DNA of 64,000 bases from Tissierella sp. (lineage in GTDB: Bacteria; Bacillota; Clostridia; Tissierellales; Tissierellaceae), in the NCBI GenBank assembly GCA_012735585.1, contig JAAYGX010000065.1:68-64067 (forward strand). Direction: 5' to 3'. Numbering within the stretch: position 1 is the first letter of the stretch; each line of letters starts with the position of its first letter. A program made the translations under genes and the position numbers. The notes beneath the pieces were generated by a model. It was not told where the DNA came from. It ran no database searches and worked only from the letters and a program-made list of their open reading frames with translations. Below, piece by piece: positions 55,053-64,000 of the stretch.

Positions 55053-57377
55053 ATGAATAAAACAATTAGGATATCAGTTAGAAATTTAATAGAATTTGTT
55101 TTAAGATCAGGTGATATAGACAATAGTTTTATGTCTACTTCTAGGGCTCTGGAAGGGACACTGGCTCACCAAAAGGTCCAAAAATCCTATGGTAATGAAT
55201 ATAGCCCTGAAGTAACCCTTAAGCATTCTTTTTCATATAATGATTATTCTTTGGAAGTGGAAGGTAGAGCAGATGGAATTTTTAAGCTGCCTGAAGAAAT
55301 TATAATCGATGAAATCAAAAGTACTACAAAGGATCTTGAATCAATTGAAGAGGATTTTAATCATCTCCACTGGGCTCAAGCTAAATGCTACGCTTATATT
55401 TACGCTTTACAAAATGAATTAACTAGTATTTATATCCAATTAAGCTATTTTCATATCGAAAGTGAAGAACTAAAAATATTTAAAAGGAATTTTTCTTATG
55501 TAGAATTAGAAGATTTCTTCATTGATTTAATAGATCGATATGTAAAATGGGCAAGTTTAACATTTGATTGGGCTGAGGTTAGAGATGGTACAATATTGGA
55601 TATGGGATTTCCCTTTGATAAATATAGGAGAGGACAGAGAGAATTAGCAGTTGCGGCTTACAAGACAATAAGGGAAGGAAAAAATATATTTGCACAAGCC
55701 CCTACTGGTATAGGTAAGACGATGTCTACACTATTTCCTTCCATTAAGTCCATAGGAGAAGGGAGTATATCTAAGATCTTCTATTTAACAGCAAAGACCA
55801 TAACTAGGGAGATACCTATTAAATCAATGGAAATTTTAATGGGCAAGGGACTTAAGGCCAAAACTTTGGTAATAACAGCCAAGGATAAGATTTGCCTAAA
55901 TGAAGAAGTCAAATGTAATCCTAGGGATTGTACCTATGCAAAGGGTCACTATGATAGAGTTAATGATGCCATAATGGATTTATTTAAAAATGAAGATATG
56001 ATTTCTAGAGATGTAGTTCTAAAATATGCCGATAAACACTGTGTATGTCCATTTGAGTTTTCATTGGATATAAGTTTGTATGCAGATGTGGTGATTTGTG
56101 ATTATAACTATGTATTCGATCCTCAAGTATATTTAAAAAGATTTTTTGATGGATCAAGTAATGATTATGTTTTTTTAATAGACGAGGCTCACAATCTAGT
56201 AGATAGATCTAGGGAGATGTTTTCGGCTGAAATAAATAAGGCAGATTTCTTAGATTTAAAAGATTTATTTAAGGAAAAATATCCAAGTATATATAAGGCC
56301 TTAAATAAATGTAATAATATAATGAATAATTTAAAGAAGGAAATTCGTAAGGGTAATTACTATCAGAAAGAGGAAATAGCTGATTTTTATTATCCTATAA
56401 AAAGAATTATAACTTTAATGGAACCATGGTTGATTGCAGAGAAGGATCATGAAGATTATGAAAAGGTCATGGAGTTTTACTTTGGATTAATTACATTTAT
56501 AAAGATATCGGATTTTTATGATGAACATTACGTTACCTCAATAGAAGTAATGGATAGAGATATGATATTTAAACTGTACTGTGTAGATTCTTCATATTTA
56601 CTCAATCAAGCACTAAATAGAGCTAAAAGTGGGATATTTTTCTCGGCAACTTTAACCCCTCTTGAATATCATATGGATTTACTTGGAGGTAACACTGATG
56701 ATTATTTCATAAGGTTAAGCTCGCCTTTTCCAAGGGAAAATCTATGTCTTATGATAAGGGACGATATTTCAACTAGATACAAAGATAGGGATATGACCTA
56801 TATAGATATCGTAGAATCTATTAAAGGATTGAGCACATTTAATACAGGCAATTATTTTGTATTTTTTCCTTCATATGTTTATATGAGAAATGTATACGAT
56901 ATATTAACAGAGAGAAACCCAGATTTAAATATAATAATTCAAGAAGGAAACATGAAAGAGTCAGAAAGAGAAGAGTTCTTAAATAGATTTGAGGAAGATG
57001 ATGATTTAATAGCTTTTGCGGTTATGGGCGGGATTTTTTCTGAAGGAATAGACCTAGTAGGGGAAAAGCTAATAGGTGCAGTGGTTGTAGGAGTAGGGCT
57101 TCCTCAGATATGTTTTGAACGTGATATTATCAAGGATTATTTTAAAGAAAAACAAAACCTAGGATTTGAATATGCTTATATGTATCCTGGCATGAATAAG
57201 ATATTACAAAGTGCTGGTAGGGTAATCCGCTCTGAAGAAGATAGGGGAGCCATACTTTTGATAGATGATAGATTTACCACTTACAGATATAAGGAACTAT
57301 TCCCAAAGGAATGGGGCCATTACAAGATAGTAAGGAGTACCAATGATTTAAAAAAGAACCTAGAGTTATTTTGGTAG
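55053..57377 (+). CDS. PD-(D/E)XK nuclease domain fused to an XPD/DinG-like (Rad3 family) Fe-S DNA helicase
   Basis: The N-terminal ~185 aa carry RecB/Cas4-style motifs (GRADGI, IDEIKS, QAKCYAYIY). Then Walker A AQAPTGIGKT, four Cys (KIC..VKC..RDC..HCVC), the DEAH box LIDEAHNL and a C-terminal helicase motif QSAGRVIRSEED. I prefer ATG 55053. Confidence 0.8.
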   Translation: MNKTIRISVRNLIEFVLRSGDIDNSFMSTSRALEGTLAHQKVQKSYGNEYSPEVTLKHSFSYNDYSLEVEGRADGIFKLPEEIIIDEIKSTTKDLESIEEDFNHLHWAQAKCYAYIYALQNELTSIYIQLSYFHIESEELKIFKRNFSYVELEDFFIDLIDRYVKWASLTFDWAEVRDGTILDMGFPFDKYRRGQRELAVAAYKTIREGKNIFAQAPTGIGKTMSTLFPSIKSIGEGSISKIFYLTAKTITREIPIKSMEILMGKGLKAKTLVITAKDKICLNEEVKCNPRDCTYAKGHYDRVNDAIMDLFKNEDMISRDVVLKYADKHCVCPFEFSLDISLYADVVICDYNYVFDPQVYLKRFFDGSSNDYVFLIDEAHNLVDRSREMFSAEINKADFLDLKDLFKEKYPSIYKALNKCNNIMNNLKKEIRKGNYYQKEEIADFYYPIKRIITLMEPWLIAEKDHEDYEKVMEFYFGLITFIKISDFYDEHYVTSIEVMDRDMIFKLYCVDSSYLLNQALNRAKSGIFFSATLTPLEYHMDLLGGNTDDYFIRLSSPFPRENLCLMIRDDISTRYKDRDMTYIDIVESIKGLSTFNTGNYFVFFPSYVYMRNVYDILTERNPDLNIIIQEGNMKESEREEFLNRFEEDDDLIAFAVMGGIFSEGIDLVGEKLIGAVVVGVGLPQICFERDIIKDYFKEKQNLGFEYAYMYPGMNKILQSAGRVIRSEEDRGAILLIDDRFTTYRYKELFPKEWGHYKIVRSTNDLKKNLELFW

Positions 57378-57419
57378 GGACAGAGGGCAGGGACTAGTCC
57401 TGACCCTCTGTCCCATTTT
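57377..57419. terminator. bidirectional terminator
   Basis: GGGACAGAGGG (57377-57387) pairs with CCCTCTGTCCC (57404-57414), with an inner GGACTAGTCC palindrome, followed by ATTTT. Confidence 0.85.
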
Positions 57420-58295
57420 CTAAATCTTCCCTAATTCCCTTAAATCCTTTTCTAAAACATTTAATACCTTCTCCCTGGCTTTAGTTAAAGGAAGTCTTAA
57501 TCCTCCAACATTTACTCCCATTAAATTAAGTGCTGCTTTTACAGGTATTGGATTTGCTATAATAAATAAATCTTTGAAGATATCCAGTAGTTCAAGATGT
57601 ATATCCATTGCCCTTTCAGTATCTTTGGATACAAAAGCATCTATCATTTCCTTCATTTCAGGGCCTACTACATGAGAAGCCACACTAACAACCCCATAGG
57701 TACCAATTGACATAGCAGGAAGCAATAAGGAGTCATCTCCAGAATAAATCAGAAAATCCTTGGGTACGCTTTTTATTATTTCAGCAAACTGAACGATATC
57801 ACCGCTGGCTTCTTTTAAAGCTACTATATTATCAATTTTAGAAAGTTTTACTACTGTTTCTGGTAATATATTGCATCCAGTTCTTCCAGGTACATTATAT
57901 AACATAATCGGCAAATCAACTGATTTTGCAACTTCTTTGAAGTGATAATAGAGAGAATCTTGATCAGGCTTATTATAATATGGAGCAACTACAAGAAGTC
58001 CATCTACTCCAGCCCTTTGTGCTGCCTTTGCATTTTCTATTGTTAGTGCCGTATTATTAGTCCCCACACCTGCTATTACAGGAACATCCACATATGTTTT
58101 TACAGTTTTATATAGATTCACCTTTTCATCATCTGTTAATGTTGGAGCTTCACCTGTTGTTCCAGTTATAACTAAAGCGGTACTTCCCTCCTTTACTAAC
58201 CTGTTTGCTAGTACAACAGCAAACTCATAATCTACATTTAGGTCCTCATCAAAAGGTGTTACCATAGCCGTAATTAATCTTCCCCAATTAATCAT
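57420..58295 (-). CDS. dapA: 4-hydroxy-tetrahydrodipicolinate synthase
   Basis: 291 aa: ITAMVTPF, GTTGE, and YNVPGRTG motifs. Confidence 0.95.
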   Translation of the reverse strand: MINWGRLITAMVTPFDEDLNVDYEFAVVLANRLVKEGSTALVITGTTGEAPTLTDDEKVNLYKTVKTYVDVPVIAGVGTNNTALTIENAKAAQRAGVDGLLVVAPYYNKPDQDSLYYHFKEVAKSVDLPIMLYNVPGRTGCNILPETVVKLSKIDNIVALKEASGDIVQFAEIIKSVPKDFLIYSGDDSLLLPAMSIGTYGVVSVASHVVGPEMKEMIDAFVSKDTERAMDIHLELLDIFKDLFIIANPIPVKAALNLMGVNVGGLRLPLTKAREKVLNVLEKDLRELGKI

Positions 58296-58426
58296 AAAAT
58301 TCTCCTTTCAAAATCATATTGTAATCTATCTTATGAAATAACCTAAGTATTTGATAACAAAAAAGGGGAAGTTGAATAAAATGAAAGTATCTGACTATTG
58401 GGATAATCTTATAAAATTAAGGAGGG

Positions 58427-59443
58427 ATGATTTTGGATAATTATAATATAGCAATCGTAGGAGCTATGGGTGCTGTTGGTAAAGAACTTCAAAAGATTCT
58501 TATTGAAAGGCAATTTCCGATTAAATCTATAAAATTATTAGGTACAGCAACGAATAAAGGTAGAGAAGTAAAGTTCAAAGATGAAATATTATATACTGAA
58601 GAAGTTTGTAAAGAAGCGTTTAAAGACATAGATATTGCATTTTTCTGCCTTGAAGCTGAGATAAGTAAATCTTTAGCACCTATTGCAATAGGGGAAGGAG
58701 CTGTTGTCATTGACAATAGTAGTGCTTTTAGAATGGATAATGATATTCCTTTAGTAGTTCCTGAGGTTAATCCAGAGAGTCTAAGAAATCATAAAGGGCT
58801 AATAGCAAACCCTAATTGTACCACTATACAAATGTTGGTACCTTTAAAACCAATACATGACAAATATAAAATAAAAAGAGTAGTAGTATCCACTTATCAA
58901 TCTGTTTCGGGTACTGGTAAAAATGCTATTGATGAACTGAATGAACAAGCAAGGGACTATGTAGATCATAAGGAAATAAAGCATTCGGTATATCCATATC
59001 AAATACTATTTAATGCACTACCACATATTGACGGATTCCTAGATACTGGATATACAAAAGAAGAGATGAAAATGATCAATGAAACACATAAGATTTTAGA
59101 TAAAAATATTAAAGTGGTGCCTACTACAGTGAGAATACCAGTATTTAGAGGACACTCTGAATCAGTAAATATTGAAACTGAATTACCTTTTAATATTGAT
59201 GATATTAAGGAGTTACTTGGAAAATCCCCTGGAATTACTGTATTGGATAAACCTGAGGAAAAATTGTATCCTATGCCTATATTTTCAGAGGGCAGCAGTG
59301 ATGTTTTTGTTGGACGTATTCGGCGGGATTTCACAATAGAAAATGGACTTAATATGTGGATTGTTGCAGATAATCTACGTAAAGGTGCAGCATTAAATGC
59401 TGTACAAATAGCTGAATCACTCATTGAACAGGATCTAGTTTAG
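58427..59443 (+). CDS. asd: aspartate-semialdehyde dehydrogenase
   Basis: IAIVGAMGAVG Rossmann motif and the active-site region IANPNCTT. The start is ambiguous: ATG 58427 abuts GGAGGG, while TTG 58433 has better spacing. Confidence 0.93.
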   Translation: MILDNYNIAIVGAMGAVGKELQKILIERQFPIKSIKLLGTATNKGREVKFKDEILYTEEVCKEAFKDIDIAFFCLEAEISKSLAPIAIGEGAVVIDNSSAFRMDNDIPLVVPEVNPESLRNHKGLIANPNCTTIQMLVPLKPIHDKYKIKRVVVSTYQSVSGTGKNAIDELNEQARDYVDHKEIKHSVYPYQILFNALPHIDGFLDTGYTKEEMKMINETHKILDKNIKVVPTTVRIPVFRGHSESVNIETELPFNIDDIKELLGKSPGITVLDKPEEKLYPMPIFSEGSSDVFVGRIRRDFTIENGLNMWIVADNLRKGAALNAVQIAESLIEQDLV

Positions 59444-59453
59444 GAGGCATAAA

Positions 59454-60437
59454 ATGAGCGTAATAATTCAAAAATTTGGAGGAACCTCTCTGAGGAATTT
59501 AAATAAAAAAAGCGAATTTCTTAAACTAGTTAAAAAGGAGGTAGACCTAGGTAGTAAACTTGTGGTAGTGGTATCTGCAATGGGTAGAAAGGGAGACCCT
59601 TATGCTACTGATACTCTAATAAATCAATTAGAGAATATAAGCACCTCAATAAATCCAAGGAAGAAGGACTTAATTATGTCGGTTGGGGAATTGATTTCCG
59701 CTGCTTTAGCATCTCATCTATTGGAAAGTGAAGGTTACGATGCTCAAGCCTTGACAGGATTTCAAGCTGGTATAATTACTGATGATAATTTTAATTCTTG
59801 TAAAATAATTGAAGTCAATACAAAGAAACTGGAAGAAAATTTAAGGGATGATATAATTTCAGTAGTTGCAGGTTTTCAAGGGGTTACGGAAGATATGTAT
59901 ATAACTACACTTGGACGGGGAGGTAGTGATACAACGGCTGTTGCCCTTGGAGGCAGCCTAAACGTTGAAAGGGTGGATATATTTACCGATGTACCGGGAG
60001 TTGCAATTACAGATCCAAGGATTGTTCCAAATACTAAATATATTAAGAAGATTTCCTATGATGATATGTATAGATTGGCAATTAGCGGAGCTAATGTAAT
60101 CCATCCAAATGCAGTTTTACTAGGGAAACAATATAATATACCTATAAGAGTTTTATCGACCTTTATAGATTGTCCAGGTACACTTGTTTCAAATGAAGAA
60201 AGCAATTTAAAGGTCATAGGTTTTGGAATAAAAGAGCAGGAAAATCATTCAATAATTTCCTTTATTTTTAATAGGGATTATAAATATGAGATAAAAGAAG
60301 AATTAGGTAAGTTTTTATTAGATGAAAAAGAAGATTTAATCGATATGGAATTTTTTGATGATAAAGCTACCATTGTAGTTAAAAACCAAGTACTACCTGA
60401 GTTTTTACAAAGATTGTACTTCCACTTTATGAAATAA
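59454..60437 (+). CDS. aspartate kinase, short form (327 aa)
   Basis: The kinase domain looks intact (IIQKFGGTSL, VVVVSAMG, LGRGGSDTTAVALG, IFTDVPGV). Only about 80 aa follow the catalytic domain. Confidence 0.88.
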   Translation: MSVIIQKFGGTSLRNLNKKSEFLKLVKKEVDLGSKLVVVVSAMGRKGDPYATDTLINQLENISTSINPRKKDLIMSVGELISAALASHLLESEGYDAQALTGFQAGIITDDNFNSCKIIEVNTKKLEENLRDDIISVVAGFQGVTEDMYITTLGRGGSDTTAVALGGSLNVERVDIFTDVPGVAITDPRIVPNTKYIKKISYDDMYRLAISGANVIHPNAVLLGKQYNIPIRVLSTFIDCPGTLVSNEESNLKVIGFGIKEQENHSIISFIFNRDYKYEIKEELGKFLLDEKEDLIDMEFFDDKATIVVKNQVLPEFLQRLYFHFMK

Positions 60438-60483
60438 ATGGTGCCTTTTTCTTAGAACACTGGAAAACTATAGTTTTTTGTAT

Positions 60484-60582
60484 TGTCACTCTGAAACGAA
60501 GTTGAAGAATCTTGTTATACCAATAGGTTCAAGATTCTTCACTATCGTTCACCCAGATAGGCTGGGTACAGGCAGTATGACA
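60484..60582. repeat. nested-palindrome intergenic repeat, copy 4 (with internal insertion)
   Basis: TGTCACTCTGAAACGAAGTTGAAGAATCTTG ttataccaataggtt CAAGATTCTTCACTATCGTTC [acccagataggctgggtacagg] CAGTATGACA. The bracketed 22 nt is an extra mini-hairpin. Confidence 0.8.
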
Positions 60583-60629
60583 AATTTTTACTTCTCAGTG
60601 GCTTCTTAGTTCTTGCACTGTTTTTTATT

Positions 60630-61208
60630 TTATACTAATAATGGTTGAATCTGCTTGCCTTTTAATGCATCTTCAATAGTTTCTTCAATCTTATCAAACT
60701 TAGCTATTAAAGAATTTGGTTTATTTATTGCATCATCCTGACCGAAAGGTACGAAGTAAATATTCTTTGAATTCAATAATAATCCTATATTCTTGGCATT
60801 AGCTCCAAGTCCGTCATTAGTTGCTATGGCTAAAACTAAAGGTCTTTGATTTCTTAAATGAGCCTTACAAGCCATGGTTACGGATGTATCTGTAATAGCA
60901 TTGGCAAGTTTAGCTGTTGTATTACCTGTACATGGAGCCACTACAATGACATCCAAGTTTAATTTAGGGCCTACAGGCTCAGCTTCAACTATTGTCCTTA
61001 TTAATTCCTTGCCGGTGATTTCTTTGAATTTATTCTTCCATTCTTCTGCTGTACCAAATCTTGTATCGAATGTATCCACTGCATGGGATATTATTGGATA
61101 AATATCTGCACCCTTATTTGCTAAATCTTCAATAATTGGAAATACAAGACTAAAGTTACAGGATGAGCCCGTTAACGCAAAACCTATTTTAAGTCCTTTC
61201 AGTGTCAT
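60630..61208 (-). CDS. dpaB: dipicolinate synthase subunit B (flavoprotein)
   Basis: 192 aa SpoVFB-type sequence (IGFALTGSSCNF...). Overlaps the upstream dpaA. Confidence 0.9.
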   Translation of the reverse strand: MTLKGLKIGFALTGSSCNFSLVFPIIEDLANKGADIYPIISHAVDTFDTRFGTAEEWKNKFKEITGKELIRTIVEAEPVGPKLNLDVIVVAPCTGNTTAKLANAITDTSVTMACKAHLRNQRPLVLAIATNDGLGANAKNIGLLLNSKNIYFVPFGQDDAINKPNSLIAKFDKIEETIEDALKGKQIQPLLV

Positions 61209-62073
61209 TTTTTATATTCAACTCCTCTATGATATTATAGATTGTATCCTTAATAACCATAGCAGCAGTTACTGGAGCGGCTTTCCCTGGAAGACCTAAG
61301 GCTGTTATAGTCCTTATGTCTAGTTCTTTTGCAGCATCTAAGTCAACACCACCTGGTTTTGATGCTAAATCAATAATGATACAATCACTTTCAAAACTTT
61401 TTAACAAATCCTTATTTAATATCATCTTGGGTATGGTATTAAAGACAATATTCATCCTTGGAAGATAGTTATTTAAATCTCTTTGGTGTATAGGAGTATA
61501 TCCATAGCTTTTTATCCATGCAAGATCAGTGTAATTTCTCGCCTCCACATATACATTGGCTCCAATACCCTGTAATATTTGAGATAGAACCTTTCCAATT
61601 CTACCATAGCCTAGAACTAAAACATTAGAACTATGAAGGGTAATAGGCGTTTCCTCCATTGCCACTTGAATAGCTCCTTCAGCTGTAGGTATTGCATTTA
61701 GAACCTGCATTTCTTCTCTTTTAAAGTAGTCGTCAAATTTAAGATTCATTTCTTTTAATCTTTTTTCGTGCTCTAAAGGAAGGTATCCACCCATGATTAT
61801 TTGGTCTTTAGAAATCAAATCAAATACCTTATCTATTTCTATTATTTCACTTGAAAATGGAGCATTTATGTTTATATTATCTGTAGAAAATGGCAATGGT
61901 GCTATAATAACTTGGGCATTTTCGACTGCATCTTTTAAGCTTACTGATTGGTCTTTATAATCATCTAAATTGTCAAAGCCATAGAAACAAAGATCATTGC
62001 CATCTTTTATTAGTAATTTACCAAGCTCTAAACTTCTTTTATCTCCACCTAATATTGTATATTTTAATCCCAT
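61189..62073 (-). CDS. dpaA: dipicolinate synthase subunit A
   Basis: 294 aa SpoVFA-type sequence with a Rossmann motif (VLVLGYGRIGK). Confidence 0.9.
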   Translation of the reverse strand: MGLKYTILGGDKRSLELGKLLIKDGNDLCFYGFDNLDDYKDQSVSLKDAVENAQVIIAPLPFSTDNININAPFSSEIIEIDKVFDLISKDQIIMGGYLPLEHEKRLKEMNLKFDDYFKREEMQVLNAIPTAEGAIQVAMEETPITLHSSNVLVLGYGRIGKVLSQILQGIGANVYVEARNYTDLAWIKSYGYTPIHQRDLNNYLPRMNIVFNTIPKMILNKDLLKSFESDCIIIDLASKPGGVDLDAAKELDIRTITALGLPGKAAPVTAAMVIKDTIYNIIEELNIKNDTERT

Positions 62074-62104
62074 CTAACCCCTCCTTAAAGATTTTTAGGT
62101 ATTA

Positions 62105-62131
62105 TATCTTATGCCAGACTAGGATTTAAGT
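62105..62131 (-). promoter_or_regulatory. candidate sigma-K-type sporulation promoter of dpaAB
   Basis: On the minus strand, AC (62130-62131), 16 nt spacer, CATAAGATA (62105-62113), which fits AC-N16/17-CATAnnnTA. B. subtilis spoVF is sigma-K dependent. Confidence 0.35.
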
Positions 62132-62145
62132 GAGATGTAAAATGC

Positions 62146-62182
62146 AAATAGGGCATGGTCTATTATTGACCATGCCCTATTT
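62146..62182 (-). terminator. terminator after the ABC ATPase gene
   Basis: AAATAGGGCATGGTC / GACCATGCCCTATTT 15-bp stem. On the minus strand it is followed by GCATTTT. Confidence 0.75.
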
Positions 62183-62208
62183 AGAAAATATATTTTATAT
62201 AGTGTTTT

Positions 62209-62994
62209 TTAAATTGCTCTACTATATGGAACAAACATTGGAGTTTTATATAAAGGGTCCTTTATAATTTCACAATCCATATCAAATATATGCTTCACAA
62301 CTTCCTTAGTAACCACATCATTAGGTGTTCCTTGTTTATAGACCTTCTTATCCTTAAGAGCAATGATATGGTCTGCATATCTACAGCTAAGATTTAAATC
62401 ATGTAAAACCATTACGATCGTTTTGCCTTCTTCTTTATTTAACTTATAAACCAAGTCCAAAATATCTATTTGATAAGTAACATCAAGATAAGTAGTGGGC
62501 TCATCTAAAAGAATTATATCCGTATCTTGTGCCAAAACCATGGCAATCCAAACCCTTTGTCTTTGACCACCAGATAATGAGTCCAAGGTTCTATCCGAGA
62601 ACTCAAGCATATTGGTATCCTTTAGAGCTTTTTCAATCATTTTCTTGTCCTTTTCATCTAATTTATTTCTCCAATTTTGATAAGGGAATCTTCCCATCTC
62701 AACAAGCTCTCTAACGGTAATACTACCAGATACAACTGGGTTTTGAGGTAATATGGCCAATTCCCTTGATATCTGTTTGTTTGAAAGAGAAGAAATACTT
62801 CTACCATTAAGCTCAATATCTCCATCCATTGGTTTTAATAGCCTTGCAAAAGAGCGAAGCATAGTGGACTTACCACAACCATTTGCTCCTATAAGAATAG
62901 TAATCTTATTCACTGGAAATTCAATAGAAACATCATCTATAATAACTGTATCTTCATATCCTATAGTTAAATTATGTCCTTGAATATTTTTCAC
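62209..62994 (-). CDS. iron-chelate (FepC/FecE-type) ABC transporter ATP-binding protein
   Basis: Walker A GANGCGKST, signature LSGGQRQRVWIA, Walker B IILLDEP. Confidence 0.88.
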   Translation of the reverse strand: MKNIQGHNLTIGYEDTVIIDDVSIEFPVNKITILIGANGCGKSTMLRSFARLLKPMDGDIELNGRSISSLSNKQISRELAILPQNPVVSGSITVRELVEMGRFPYQNWRNKLDEKDKKMIEKALKDTNMLEFSDRTLDSLSGGQRQRVWIAMVLAQDTDIILLDEPTTYLDVTYQIDILDLVYKLNKEEGKTIVMVLHDLNLSCRYADHIIALKDKKVYKQGTPNDVVTKEVVKHIFDMDCEIIKDPLYKTPMFVPYSRAI

Positions 62995-62999
62995 TTAAA

Positions 63000-63977
63000 T
63001 CACCTCTTAATCTTTGATGTAGAATGTAATAGCCATAAAAAGTATGGTGCTCCCATAATTGAAACCACCAGGCCTGATGGGATTTCACTAGGATAAATAA
63101 CGATGCGGCCAATAAAGTCAGCTATAAGTAATAGCAATCCACCTATTAAAGCAGTAACAACAAGGTTTTTTCTATGCTTTATACCTGTAATAAATCGAGC
63201 CATATGGGGTGAAAGTAGTCCTATAAATCCAACAGTACCTACTGCAGATACTGCAATTGAGGCAAGGAATATCCCTATAACTGAAGCAATGACTCGCACT
63301 TTTAGAACATCACTACCAATTGCCGTTGCAACATCTTCTCCTAACATAATGGCATCAAGATCTTTACAAATTAGCCATGAAATTGGGCCCAAAATAACAA
63401 TACCCAATACCAGTGTAATTACATTATTCCAATTACTACCGTAAGTGCTTCCGGCCAACCATACAAGGGAGGCTGATTTACCGACGGTCGTATTGATTAT
63501 GATAATATTTAATCCTGCATCACAAATTGCTGTAACTGCCATACCAACAAGTACCAACATGGTTGAATTATACTTTGATTTTCTTGAGATAGAAAATATA
63601 ATAATAGAAGCAATAATTGCACCAGCAAAGGCACTCAAGGAAATTGTAAGACTAGTAGTCTTAGGTAAAAAGTAAATAGCGAATAATGCTCCTAAAGCAG
63701 CCCCTGGTGTAACGCCTAAGATAGATGGATCTGCTAATGTATTATTGAGTACAGTTTGAAGCAAAAATCCGCTTATGGCCAATACAATACCAGCCAATAA
63801 AGCAGTTAAGATTCTTGGCAATCGTATTTTTGCTATAACAAATTCAGCAGTATCGCTATTAAAGAAATCAAATCCTCCATTACCAAGAGACAATATAAAT
63901 GTGGCTATGATAACAATTGTAAGTATTATAACCAAAGAAATAAAAGGAAGTCTCTTTTTCCCTGTTTGTATTAACAA
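63000..63977 (-). CDS. iron-chelate ABC transporter permease (FecCD family)
   Basis: 325 aa polytopic protein with FecCD-type segments (RLPRILTALLAGIVLAISG, GFIGLLSPHMAR). Confidence 0.88.
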   Translation of the reverse strand: MLIQTGKKRLPFISLVIILTIVIIATFILSLGNGGFDFFNSDTAEFVIAKIRLPRILTALLAGIVLAISGFLLQTVLNNTLADPSILGVTPGAALGALFAIYFLPKTTSLTISLSAFAGAIIASIIIFSISRKSKYNSTMLVLVGMAVTAICDAGLNIIIINTTVGKSASLVWLAGSTYGSNWNNVITLVLGIVILGPISWLICKDLDAIMLGEDVATAIGSDVLKVRVIASVIGIFLASIAVSAVGTVGFIGLLSPHMARFITGIKHRKNLVVTALIGGLLLLIADFIGRIVIYPSEIPSGLVVSIMGAPYFLWLLHSTSKIKR

Positions 63978-64000
63978 TCCATAGGATGATTTTCCTATAT

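Noticed and set aside
58296-58426. Lysine (L-box) riboswitch expected between divergent dapA and asd.
   Set aside because: The spacer is only about 130 nt and must hold two promoters. No L-box-like conserved helices or AGAGGTGC-type motifs are visible.
1-64000. Whole-window scan for CRISPR arrays, tRNA/rRNA genes, transposases or integrases, prophage or toxin-antitoxin/defence cassettes.
   Set aside because: There are no direct-repeat/spacer arrays, no tRNA- or rRNA-like sequence blocks, and no ORF with recombinase, transposase, phage or recognisable defence-system signatures. The only repeats are the four palindromic intergenic elements and the two riboswitch paralogs.

Overview
AT-rich, gene-dense chromosomal segment that looks like a spore-forming anaerobic Firmicute (Clostridia-like): it carries a gerA-type germinant receptor operon, dipicolinate synthase dpaAB, Na+-pumping biotin decarboxylase genes and a B12-dependent NrdJ. 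I saw no rRNA, tRNA, CRISPR array, transposase or prophage genes. From left to right the window contains the following. (1) An RraA/HMG-CHA-aldolase-like gene, a GntR regulator and a biotin-domain-less OadA/5S-type carboxyltransferase. (2) A pxpA-Nramp-pxpB-pxpC 5-oxoprolinase operon. (3) A tricarboxylate block: icd, two different aconitase-family paralogs, a divergent LysR regulator, an MmgE/PrpD-family gene and tctCBA. (4) A roughly 9 kb same-strand gene string of an AbrB-duplication membrane protein, citCDEF, a GntR regulator and an mmdADCB-like Na+-translocating decarboxylase. (5) accBCDA. (6) A long AraC-type regulator, a MATE pump, an ECF S-component and a DUF378 gene. (7) A gerA-type operon in A-C-B order. 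(8) An opine-dehydrogenase plus M20 amidohydrolase operon, convergent with an M20 gene and an AbgT transporter. (9) A GNAT gene, an SH3b-VanY-type peptidase and nrdJ. (10) An opuA-like glycine betaine ABC transporter. (11) A PD-(D/E)XK nuclease fused to an XPD/DinG-like helicase. (12) dapA, asd, a short aspartokinase and dpaBA. (13) The start of an iron-chelate ABC transporter. The most notable non-coding signals are two paralogous c-di-AMP (ydaO-yuaA class) riboswitches. One precedes opuA, which is expected. The other precedes the opine-dehydrogenase/M20 operon, which I do not know as a regulon member. Other non-coding signals are a four-copy nested-palindrome intergenic repeat family, a shared ATAGG-N5-CCTAT LysR-type box, a GntR-type operator, a pair of NrdR boxes, and a small ORF interrupted by one in-frame stop. 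All functional calls come from reading the translated ORFs and motifs by eye; no database search was run.
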